From assembly GCA_017551705.1 (NCBI GenBank), contig JAFZLA010000095.1, positions 2,629 through 66,628 of the forward strand: 64,000 nucleotides of DNA. Direction: 5' to 3'. Below, piece after piece: positions 53,460-64,000 of the stretch; position 1 is the stretch's first letter; every line of letters starts with the position of its first letter. Source of the DNA: Treponema sp. (lineage in GTDB: Bacteria; Spirochaetota; Spirochaetia; Treponematales; Treponemataceae). The position numbers were made by a program, and so were the translations under genes. The notes under the pieces were generated by a model. It saw nothing but the letters and a program-made list of their open reading frames with translations, searched no databases and was not told where the DNA came from.

Positions 53460-55664
53460 ATGAAAAATTTATTGAAATTTTTGGGTTTGAGCGTCCTTGT
53501 GTCCTTTATTGCCCTTGGATGTTCAAACACTTCTGACGACGCGGTGTCTCTTACGCCTGTAAAAAACACCGCCATGAAGACAATCACTCTTGTCGCAACA
53601 GGCGACGAAGAGGCGATTAGCTTCCCTGTAGCTGGAGCTTCTGGTGTGCAGGCCACTATCGTGGCTGACGCTGTGACCGCGAGCACGTTAAAGTATTACT
53701 TGTTCACAACGAACAAAGTTGGCGGAGCTTTAAAAGCTTATGGACCGTTGACTCTCACCGCTCCGGATGCAGCCAAACCTAATGTTGGAACCGTTCCGCT
53801 ATCTATGGAAGACGGCTTTTATCTTTTTCAGCTTTACGCTACAAATGCACTGGTGTCTGATCTTACTTCCACAACAGAGGCCGCGGGCAAAGCCCTTTTC
53901 TTGGGACAGACCGAGGCTGACTTGAGAACTTCTACGGACACAGTTTCGTTCTACATGACAACAGACAATCTTACCGGAGCGGCTGACATAGCCCTCAAGT
54001 TGAAGACAACTGATTGGAATGTTCCCACCGATTGCACCATCGCCGCTTGCATTACGTCAAAAACTGACGGCGCCATAATAGACGCTCCCGCAACGACCAT
54101 TTTGCCGTCGGCAATTACCACTAGCGAACCTACTGGCCCACAGTTTTCAAAGACAGGTTTTACGGCCGGCACATACAATTTTGAAGTTAGATTCACTAGA
54201 GGCGGAAAAACTTACACTTGGAGCGACACGATTATCGTAAACCCCAACAACAAGCTTGAAAAAACAATTGCGATACCAAATGTCATAGACATGCCGCCTG
54301 CGGCTCCGACGGCTTTTAACGCAACTTTCAAAGACTCTGATTCTCAGAGCGATGGATACTACAACGTCGAGTTCAGCTGGAAAGCGGTTGCTTCTGTAAA
54401 CGAGGATTACTTCCAAATCGAACTTCTTGAAATTCCTGTAGCCACAGATTGGTCTAAAATCAACGCTGATACAAGCACTGAATGGACCGACGAGTATAGG
54501 GATGCCACCCACTTGAACAATGTCGCAGCCAGCTGGAAAACAATTCTTGGAGCGGACTTTTATGGCCAGACAAATTGGAGAGCCGGCTCTTTGCGCAAAA
54601 ACAACACAAGCGTTACGGTAGCCCTTCCGTTCGGCAAGCGCTATCTTGCCCGCATCGCCGCCGTCAATGACGCAGGCCCTTCAGATTATTGCTATGTTGA
54701 CTTTGGCAACACAGACGCGCCCGCCGCGTTGTCAACAGGCTACAGTTATTTTGCGGCTACTTCTAAGGTAATCAACCGCTACCGCTTGACTTACAAGCTT
54801 TTGAATGGAACAGTGACGCTTGCGGATGACAGCACAAGCCAAAAGGACATAGTTGAGTACCGCACTCAAAACATTGTTGCTAACGCGAACAAAGGATCAT
54901 GGAGTGCGGCAACTCCGCCCGCTCCAGTCCCTGGATCTTATGTTCCTGCAAAGATTGACGGAACGACTCATGCCGATGTCCTTACAGCCGACATTTGGAA
55001 TCCTGAGTGCGATACGGACACAACAAATGCTGACGCAACAAAAAAGAGTCCTTACAAGTCGTTGATGAAGGGCGAAAAAAAGTGGACTTCGTGGAGAAAA
55101 TACTCAAGCACAAGCTCAAAGTATTATGACACTGACGAAGACAACCTTTCTGACCCGTACACTCCGCCGGATTACACTGGCTGCGAAAACCTTGTCTTGT
55201 ACGCAAGCTATTCTCCGACAAAAGCCGCCGTCACAATTTATGAGGATGACGTTTGGACTATCGGACTTGCAAACCTTGCGGCCGCTGGTGATGGTGTTAC
55301 CGCAACAGGCTTGAAGACAAATGGAGAGATTACACTTAACCTTAAGGCGACTGGAACTCCTGGCACAATCAGTTGGACAGGAACCTATACTTCAAGCGCC
55401 ACGCCTACAGACAAGACTCAAACTACTGTGGGCGTGCAGTGGACTAAGGTCACTTACGAAATCTACAAGGCAGGACAGACTTATACAGTGGCCGGTCCTA
55501 ACAATTGCGCTATGACCGGAACCAATCCAAACACCGGCTTTACGGTTGACACGGATCTTTCGGCCTACAGGCCTGGCAAGTATTTGATTAAGTTCAACGC
55601 CTATGTGGCGCACAAGAACGAGCCTTATACAGCCACAGTCGCCATCAACATTACGGAAGAGTAA
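53460..55664 (+). CDS. Large surface lipoprotein with an FN3-like module (734 aa)
   Basis: Lipobox IALGC; AGGAGG lies upstream. It shares PPAAPTAF...F.W and GSL.KN.TS......G.RYLARI.AV....G.SDYCY.DF with the next gene. Confidence 0.7.
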   Translation: MKNLLKFLGLSVLVSFIALGCSNTSDDAVSLTPVKNTAMKTITLVATGDEEAISFPVAGASGVQATIVADAVTASTLKYYLFTTNKVGGALKAYGPLTLTAPDAAKPNVGTVPLSMEDGFYLFQLYATNALVSDLTSTTEAAGKALFLGQTEADLRTSTDTVSFYMTTDNLTGAADIALKLKTTDWNVPTDCTIAACITSKTDGAIIDAPATTILPSAITTSEPTGPQFSKTGFTAGTYNFEVRFTRGGKTYTWSDTIIVNPNNKLEKTIAIPNVIDMPPAAPTAFNATFKDSDSQSDGYYNVEFSWKAVASVNEDYFQIELLEIPVATDWSKINADTSTEWTDEYRDATHLNNVAASWKTILGADFYGQTNWRAGSLRKNNTSVTVALPFGKRYLARIAAVNDAGPSDYCYVDFGNTDAPAALSTGYSYFAATSKVINRYRLTYKLLNGTVTLADDSTSQKDIVEYRTQNIVANANKGSWSAATPPAPVPGSYVPAKIDGTTHADVLTADIWNPECDTDTTNADATKKSPYKSLMKGEKKWTSWRKYSSTSSKYYDTDEDNLSDPYTPPDYTGCENLVLYASYSPTKAAVTIYEDDVWTIGLANLAAAGDGVTATGLKTNGEITLNLKATGTPGTISWTGTYTSSATPTDKTQTTVGVQWTKVTYEIYKAGQTYTVAGPNNCAMTGTNPNTGFTVDTDLSAYRPGKYLIKFNAYVAHKNEPYTATVAINITEE

Positions 55665-55689
55665 TAGGGTTGGCTTTTAGAGTTTGTCA

Positions 55690-56988
55690 ATGAGAAAGGC
55701 TTGCAATTGCCTTTTGTTGGCTCTGCTCATTCAAGTTGTCGCCTCGTGCGGCAACTTGAATGTGTCGGAGCTTTCAAAGGATTGTTCAGACAATTCAATT
55801 AAGACTCTTACAATTACAAGCGGCGATCAGTCCGTGGCCAAGACAATTTTGCCAGAGGCCTTGGACTGCGCCTCATTGACATATTATTTTGCAATTGAAA
55901 ATTTAATCAGCAAGAAACAAAGCTTGCAAGTGTTTACCGCCGAAAACGACGATTACCGCTTTAATTTCCCCATTGAGCTGGAAAGCGGATATTACAAAAT
56001 AGGCGTTTACGCCATAAAAGCGGAAGACGTGGCGGGATTTCCTCAAGAAAAATATGGAAAGCTCTCTGAGGAAGGCGGCTACAACGACGGCGACTTGGAG
56101 ATTAAGTGCGTCTTGGCCGGAAACGTTGTTGTTGACTTGCGGCAAGACGAAACTGTCAGCATAAAACTTTCGGCGAATGGACTACAGCAGACAGGAAATG
56201 TCAACCTGAACTTTTACACTCCCGGCTGGACTTTGGACACGACAAAATTCAACGCTTACTGCGACATCATAAACAAGGCCGGAACAAGAATCGGCGAATC
56301 TACTTTGATAAACGGCATAACAAGCGCGCCTCCTGCCGCCGATACATGGCGCTACACAGCCGCCAACATTAACGCGGGCACTTATACGTTCCGCGTTCGT
56401 TACATAAGCAAGGACAATCCTTCAATTGTATATATGTGGTCTGACACAATTATGGTATTGTCAAACCAAACGATAAAGCAAGTTATTCCGCTTCCTGACA
56501 TAATCGACCATGCTCCAGCAGCGCCCACGGACTTTAGAGCCTCGTATTATGACTTTGGTTCGGGCAGCGTCTGGTGCTATGTGAACTTTACTTGGACAGA
56601 CAATTCCGTCAATGAAGCGGGCTTTAAGATAGACATAAGGGCAGTCCATGACTCGGTCGCCGACGTAGACATATCAGAGGATATGGAAACCGCTTGGAGC
56701 GTTGCCTTTAATCCTGGCGAATTTACTGGCTCCTACACAATCGACAACTTTGACAACGATGGCGCTGGCGGGGAGGGAATTCGCAAGGACGGCTCCCTCA
56801 GCAAGAACAAAACCAGCGCCACATTCAAACTTAGCCGCGGCGTCCGCTACCTTGCCCGCATCAGCGCAGTGGGCTATGACTACGCCGGCAACTCGGACTA
56901 CTGCTATTTGGACTTCTCCGCCGGCACCGGCAAGGCGGGCTACTACGACTTTGACACAAGCGCGTGGTATATTAAGGTTGGCAATTAG
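55690..56988 (+). CDS. Surface lipoprotein, a paralog of the preceding gene (432 aa)
   Basis: Lipobox VVASC. The shared blocks are APAAPTDFRA...NFTWTD and SLSKNKTSATFKLSRGVRYLARISAV...SDYCYLDF. Confidence 0.7.
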   Translation: MRKACNCLLLALLIQVVASCGNLNVSELSKDCSDNSIKTLTITSGDQSVAKTILPEALDCASLTYYFAIENLISKKQSLQVFTAENDDYRFNFPIELESGYYKIGVYAIKAEDVAGFPQEKYGKLSEEGGYNDGDLEIKCVLAGNVVVDLRQDETVSIKLSANGLQQTGNVNLNFYTPGWTLDTTKFNAYCDIINKAGTRIGESTLINGITSAPPAADTWRYTAANINAGTYTFRVRYISKDNPSIVYMWSDTIMVLSNQTIKQVIPLPDIIDHAPAAPTDFRASYYDFGSGSVWCYVNFTWTDNSVNEAGFKIDIRAVHDSVADVDISEDMETAWSVAFNPGEFTGSYTIDNFDNDGAGGEGIRKDGSLSKNKTSATFKLSRGVRYLARISAVGYDYAGNSDYCYLDFSAGTGKAGYYDFDTSAWYIKVGN

Positions 56989-57073
56989 GGGCAGGTGTCT
57001 GCCAGACAATTATGGCAAAAGAACAAGCTGCCTTTTTACAGACGGGCGGCGTTTTTTTTGGTTTTGCGTGGCG

Positions 57074-58003
57074 CTAGGCTTGGGCGGGCTGGGCGGCGAG
57101 TTGGGCTTTTATGGCTAGGACTTGGTCTAGGGGCAGGCCGGTTATTTCCACAATGTCTTCAATTGGATATTTTTTCGCAAACATGTTCGTCGCGGCTTCC
57201 ACGGCTTTTTGATGCGCGCCTTGTTCAAGGCCTTCTTCAAGGCCTTTTCTTTTTGCGGCGGAGATGCCGGCGTTGTAGTCGCGGATGGCCTTGTCGCGGC
57301 TGAACTCCCTAAAGAATGCCGCGTCGTCTTCGCTCATCGTTTTGATTATTGTCGTCGCTTCCATAATTCCCCTTTCGTTGTTCCCAATTTGGCCTATGTA
57401 GCCCGTCTTGCTTTCGTCGTCCGCGTAGGAAAAGTACATGCCCCATTTTTGGAGCGGCGTCAGCTTTTCCACGGGCGTTCCGACAAGGCGCTTTATTGTC
57501 AGCAGGTCTATGTAAATCACGTTGAGCCTGTCGGCAAGAGGGCAGCCGTTTTTGTCCTTCATAGTATACCACGACATTTCGCTTTTGTCACCGTTTTTGT
57601 AGTGGAAATTCAGGACGGAAATTTGGTAGACCTTTTCAACGTTCCATTCGGTTCCTTTTTTCGCGTTGTTGTTCAAAAGGCGGGCGGCCTCTATCTCGCT
57701 GCGGGCGGAGTAGTCGTAGTCGTATTCCCGCCCTTGCATTTCTATCGAAGCCTTTTCGCCGCTGTCAAATGTCACATTGACGTCAAAAGATATCTGCGCG
57801 TCGGTCAAGCTTTCCGCGGCGGGCTCGTTTGGCCCCAGCGTGACTTCCGCCACTTGGCGGCCTATCGCCGCCGACAGAAAGGACTTGAGTGCGATTTTCG
57901 CACCTTCCGTGTCCTGCGTGAATATCGCCTTGAAGTTGATGTCCAAGCGCGGATTGAGAATGGCCGTCGGCGACGGCTTCCAAGTTTTCTTTTGTTCGTC
58001 CAT
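57074..58003 (-). CDS. Rpn/YhgA-like PD-(D/E)XK nuclease family protein, copy 2
   Basis: LDINFKAIFTQD, ISFDVNVTFDSGEKASIEMQ and the C-terminal GAHQKAVEAATNMF...AAQPAQA are present. The start is at MDEQKK, preceded by AAGGAG as in copy 1. Confidence 0.72.
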   Translation of the reverse strand: MDEQKKTWKPSPTAILNPRLDINFKAIFTQDTEGAKIALKSFLSAAIGRQVAEVTLGPNEPAAESLTDAQISFDVNVTFDSGEKASIEMQGREYDYDYSARSEIEAARLLNNNAKKGTEWNVEKVYQISVLNFHYKNGDKSEMSWYTMKDKNGCPLADRLNVIYIDLLTIKRLVGTPVEKLTPLQKWGMYFSYADDESKTGYIGQIGNNERGIMEATTIIKTMSEDDAAFFREFSRDKAIRDYNAGISAAKRKGLEEGLEQGAHQKAVEAATNMFAKKYPIEDIVEITGLPLDQVLAIKAQLAAQPAQA

Positions 58004-58010
58004 AATGGAA

Positions 58011-58179
58011 CTCCTTGATAAAAAATTAAGGGAACCGTTCATTTGCGATTCCCTTACATATAAGATACACACGATGAGAGATTTTTTATAAAATTTTCTA
58101 GCGCTTTTTTGAAAAATTGCGCTTTTGGGAGAATTTGGGCTATACGGGTGTTTTTATTTTGGGCTTTGAGCGCGAGGGG
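58011..58179. repeat. Direct repeat R1 (~170 bp), the conserved leader/upstream region of Rpn-family genes
   Basis: It aligns almost base-for-base with 59388-59565. The first ~90 nt also match, in inverted orientation, 27925-28012 upstream of Rpn copy 1. Confidence 0.85.
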
Positions 58180-58411
58180 CTGTAGGGACGGCGCAGCCGT
58201 TGCCGCGACGCAATGTTTAAGAGCGGCAATGGAGCGCGGTTGGCGCGGAATCCCGCAAGACCCGGCCCGCAAGGGACGCGCCCAAAAAATTCAAGGCAGC
58301 ATTTTTTTGTTTTGCGGGGCGCAAGGCTTGGGCAACTCGTGAATTTTGGTTGCAAGACCATAATTTTTTTTTCGAGTTGTTTCGCCGCGACTTGCGGTCG
58401 TTGCCGAGGAT

Positions 58412-59382
58412 TTATGCTTGCGCGGGGGCGGGCTGGACGGCGAGGGCTTCCAGCACTTTGTCAAGCGGGGCTTTCATTTTTTGTGCAGCAGTTTCTGGCG
58501 TTGCATTGAATTCCTTAACAAGAACTATCGCGGCTTCCACGGCTTTTTGTTGCGCGCCTTCCTCGTAGCCTTCGCGACGGCGGTGGCGGTCGTAGGCCTC
58601 TTGGTCAAATTCTGACATACTGAACATAATTATCTTCCCCTTTTCCCTCTTGAAAAAGCCGTCCAGGTAATTGTTGTCAATCGCAAAGTCAACGGCTTGG
58701 GTCACGGCGCCCAGCAGGCTCATCCCCGCGGCCAGGTTGTCCCTGATTTTGGCGACATAACTTGAGTAATGATACAACGATTCGCACTTTTTGTGAAGAG
58801 CCTCGTTGCTGCCTTTGTTGATGTTCAGCATTGTGGCGGTCCACTCAAATTCGCCAGCCCCGTCCTTGTCCGGCTTTATGAAAGCGTCCGACAGGCGGAA
58901 CTTTGTCACGTCGGGCATGCTCTTTTCGCCGTTGTATAAGACCAAAAACTTTGGCGTTGGAATTTTCACCAACGATCTTCCAAAAATGTCAACATCCGTT
59001 TCGTTAAGGTAGGCCATATACAACTGGCTAAAGTAGAACAAGCCTCGCAGGGGCATGTTGGGGTTGAACGTGCTCTGCTGCTCGTAAAGATTGATTTGGC
59101 TGTCAATTAAAAAAGAAACGTCGTTCTTCATTGTGATAAAGAGAAAGTTTTCGATTGTGTTCAGCTCCAGCGCGTCGGGGTCTTTGTAGTCCGTTCCGTT
59201 CAGCGCGTTGTAAAGCTCCAGCCGCCAGCGCTTGCTTTCCTCCGAGTCTCGACCATAGATACGTCGGGCAAGCCCTCCGTTTTGCTTAAGGAACTTTATT
59301 CAACTGCGCTCTTGCGAGCGCTGGCAATTACCTTGAACAATCTGTCCTTGTAATCCCTTGGGGGGTTAGGTTCTAATTCCAT
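58412..59382 (-). pseudogene. Rpn/YhgA-like nuclease gene, copy 3, reading frame interrupted
   Basis: The ATG at 59382 (AGGAGGA upstream) gives MELEPNPPRDYKDRLFKVI... and terminates at TAA 59298-59296. The rest of the protein (...YGRDSEESKRWRLELYNALNGTDYKDP...MKNDVSFLIDSQ...NPNMPLRG...AQQKAVEAA...) continues in another frame down to 58412. Confidence 0.65.
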
Positions 59383-59387
59383 AGAAT

Positions 59388-59565
59388 CCTCCTTGATAAA
59401 AAATTAAGGGAACCGCTTTCTTGCGATTCTCTGTATATAAGGTACACACGATGAGAGATTTTTTATAAAATTTTTCTAGCGTTTTTTTGCAAAATTGCGC
59501 TTTTGGGAGAATTTGGGCTATACGGGTGTTTTTATTTTGTTTTGGGGCTTTGAGCGCGAGGGGGC
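59388..59565. repeat. Direct repeat R2 (partner of R1)
   Basis: See R1. It ends exactly at the stop codon of the GNAT gene. Confidence 0.85.
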
Positions 59566-59566
59566 G

Positions 59567-60178
59567 CTAAAAAATCATATACAGCTGCGTCAGCTCTTTG
59601 TTGTTCTTGGAAAGAATTGTGTTTTCAAGGGGTTGGAATCCATTTTTAATGTAAAAATCTATAAGCCATTCTTCTTGGTCGCATTCAAGAAATACAGTTT
59701 TTCCGCTTGTGGAACGCAAGATGTCGCGGACTTTTTCCAGGGCCACATTCATCAATTCGTCACCACTGATGGAGCTTGATTCGTCGCTGAAATTTCTGCT
59801 GAATTGCGCTATGAGGATTGCTGGAAGTTTGTAAGATTTCGATTCTTTGTCAAAATAGCCGAACCGGCTTATCGCGTTTTGCTCCGTTTTTGACAGTGAG
59901 GCTTTCTTTAACGTAAGCATTTTTGTTGCGAGCGTGAAATAGCCCAAGAGGTCAAATTTTTTGTCAATATAGGAACTTACCAAATAAGTCGCGGCTGTGC
60001 TGAGTTTTGTGGCTTGAACAGACTTTTTCTTAAAAAAAAGCTCCACGTCTTCGTTCTTGGATTTAAAAGAGCTGGCAACGGATTCAAAGGAACGTTCCCC
60101 GCCGTCTGTCGTCAGAAAATCGAACAGGCGGATAATCTGACGGTTAGTTCCTTTTGTCGTTTCTGCTATTGATTCCAT
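59567..60178 (-). CDS. GNAT-fold acetyltransferase, TacT/AtaT-like toxin candidate
   Basis: The pattern FKSKNEDVELFFKKKSVQATKLSTAATYLV...LLGYFTLA...LPAILIAQFSRN...FYIKNGFQPL fits the TacT-like GNAT layout (F.c.n..l..FL...A......TYV ... GyytL ... lgrLAv ... fY...GF). The segment looks AT-rich by eye. Confidence 0.5.
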   Translation of the reverse strand: MESIAETTKGTNRQIIRLFDFLTTDGGERSFESVASSFKSKNEDVELFFKKKSVQATKLSTAATYLVSSYIDKKFDLLGYFTLATKMLTLKKASLSKTEQNAISRFGYFDKESKSYKLPAILIAQFSRNFSDESSSISGDELMNVALEKVRDILRSTSGKTVFLECDQEEWLIDFYIKNGFQPLENTILSKNNKELTQLYMIF

Positions 60179-60335
60179 TTACGATTTCTTTGAGCTGATC
60201 TGGAGAAACAGTGGTGACATTTGCCGGGTTTGGAACGAACGGCCTTGAGAGCGAATCCGTGAACATTTTTACCAATTTGCTAGCTTCGCTTTTGGAACTA
60301 ATCACAAAAGACTTCTTCAAGCTGGATGTTGCCAT
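60144..60335 (-). CDS. Small 63-aa protein upstream of and overlapping the GNAT gene (putative antitoxin)
   Basis: It overlaps the GNAT start by 35 nt. AGGAGGAG lies 5 nt upstream of its ATG. The N-terminus KSFVISSKSEASKLVKMF is compatible with a strand-helix (RHH-like) start. No family was recognised. Confidence 0.4.
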   Translation of the reverse strand: MATSSLKKSFVISSKSEASKLVKMFTDSLSRPFVPNPANVTTVSPDQLKEIVNGINSRNDKRN

Positions 60336-60508
60336 AATGCTCCTCCTTGTATGATTTATGGCGATAGTATATTAGATGGGGTTAAAAAAATCAACAGATT
60401 TTTTTCCGTCCGTATATAAGATACACTTTTTTATCGAAAGTTTATAATTTTTTTGAAAAAAAATGAATAAATTTGCCTTTTTCCTAATTCCTTGTTATTT
60501 TAAAAGGT

Positions 60509-63094
<2,586 letters not shown>

Positions 63095-63177
63095 GCTGGG
63101 ATTGCTGGAAAGACCAAAAAGCGGCGCGTTTTGGGTTAACAACAAAATCGCTTGCAAGCCTAAGACTGCCGCGCCTT

Positions 63178-64000
63178 TTACTGCAATTCCACCGAGTAAG
63201 ACGGAGCGTTGGCAAGGCAGGGAACGCCCGACAAAAACTTTAGCGCGGTCTCCAATTCTTCGTCCAGCTTCCACGGCGCGTTGACCACCAAGAGACCGCT
63301 TCCGTAAAGGCGCGGCGGTTGCGCTTTTGCGGCGGCGTTTTCCTCAAGCGACATCTCAGTGTGGCTGTCGGGCGCGTCCACGCAAAACTCCGCGCGCAAA
63401 ATGTTTGTGTTGGCGTTTTGGCTTTTTGCAGATCCGCAAATCGAGTCTATCATTCTTTCTATCTCTTGCGCGCGGTGGGCCAGCAGGGGATACCAAATCA
63501 TTATTATGCCCGCGCTCCATTTTTTGTGGACGGCGACGGCGGTTTTTGCCACGGCCTCGTAGTCGGAGGCTTCTTCGTAGCTTGGATCGATCAAGACTGC
63601 GCCGCGCTTTATTTTTGGCGGAGTTTGGGCCAGCAGGGTTTTAAAGCCGTCCGCTTTTAGTATTTGCGTGTGAGGCACGCTTTTTGGGCTTGAACCGATA
63701 TTGGTGGCAAGACTAGAACTGGGGGCGGCCCCTTCTTGGGCTTGCGAAAAATCTCGCGCGCAGTTTTCCTTTAGCGCCTCAAACTCGGCGGGGTGCAGCT
63801 CGCAAATTGTGTGGCTTGCGTCCGCTCTCAAAAGCGCGCGCTCGATTAGCGGCGAGCCCGGGTACAAGTCAAGCTTTAGGTAGGGGCGGACAAGCGCCAT
63901 GTAGTCGTCAAGCGCGGCGCTTTTTGGGCTTGTGCCCGATTTTGGTTCGCCGCCCGCGTTATGGTCTTGCGACAGTTCCCCATTTGCGCTTTCTTGGTCT
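63178..64000 (-). CDS. rlmJ: 23S rRNA (adenine2030-N6)-methyltransferase RlmJ-like; the 5' end lies outside the window
   Basis: YPGSPLI, LHP.E...L, KADGF, GAVLIDPSYE, IWYP and VNAPW match the RlmJ layout. The frame is open to the window edge. The gene contains in-frame SPKS-type repeat insertions. Confidence 0.7.
   Translation of the reverse strand, partial: DQESANGELSQDHNAGGEPKSGTSPKSAALDDYMALVRPYLKLDLYPGSPLIERALLRADASHTICELHPAEFEALKENCARDFSQAQEGAAPSSSLATNIGSSPKSVPHTQILKADGFKTLLAQTPPKIKRGAVLIDPSYEEASDYEAVAKTAVAVHKKWSAGIIMIWYPLLAHRAQEIERMIDSICGSAKSQNANTNILRAEFCVDAPDSHTEMSLEENAAAKAQPPRLYGSGLLVVNAPWKLDEELETALKFLSGVPCLANAPSYSVELQ

Overview
The window is a chromosomal segment that looks spirochaete-like, probably Treponema. 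This is an inference from three things: several Rpn/YhgA-type 'T. denticola putative transposase' family genes, a stand-alone fliG with an N-terminal extension, and multiple signal-peptide-bearing outer-membrane and lipoprotein families. Most of the window is a housekeeping backbone: uvrB (partial), rpmB, prs, tRNA-Arg(CCU), fliG, an M16 peptidase, fusA, ndk, gpsA, ffh, nrnA, uvrA, an LptD-like OMP, lon, clpB and rlmJ (partial). Several accessory segments interrupt it, and they look AT-richer by eye (not computed). (1) 9.6-11.4 kb holds an ABC-like AAA ATPase translationally coupled to an uncharacterised ~160-aa partner. I rate this the best candidate for an undescribed defence or abortive-infection module. 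(2) A three-gene surface-protein cassette (beta-barrel C, secreted B, small secreted A) occurs three times: at 15.8-19.7 kb, and as an inverted pair at 29.0-31.8 and 33.2-36.0 kb. The spacer between the inverted copies carries a predicted PBECR4-like RNase gene. Immediately before that gene lies a promoter, a ~175-nt structured RNA and an intrinsic terminator. (3) 19.95-20.25 kb holds a 29-codon hydrophobic Hol-Tox-like ORF with a sequestered SD and a convergent small transcript unit, which is type I TA-like. (4) 57-60.4 kb is an island with two more Rpn-family genes (one disrupted), ~175-bp direct repeats, and a GNAT plus small-ORF pair that is TacAT-like. Related short DNA repeats that encode Ala/Lys/Pro/Ser-rich peptides sit in frame inside at least two unrelated enzymes. 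No CRISPR array, rRNA, integrase or classical IS element was seen. All family assignments come from motif recognition by eye, because no searches could be run.
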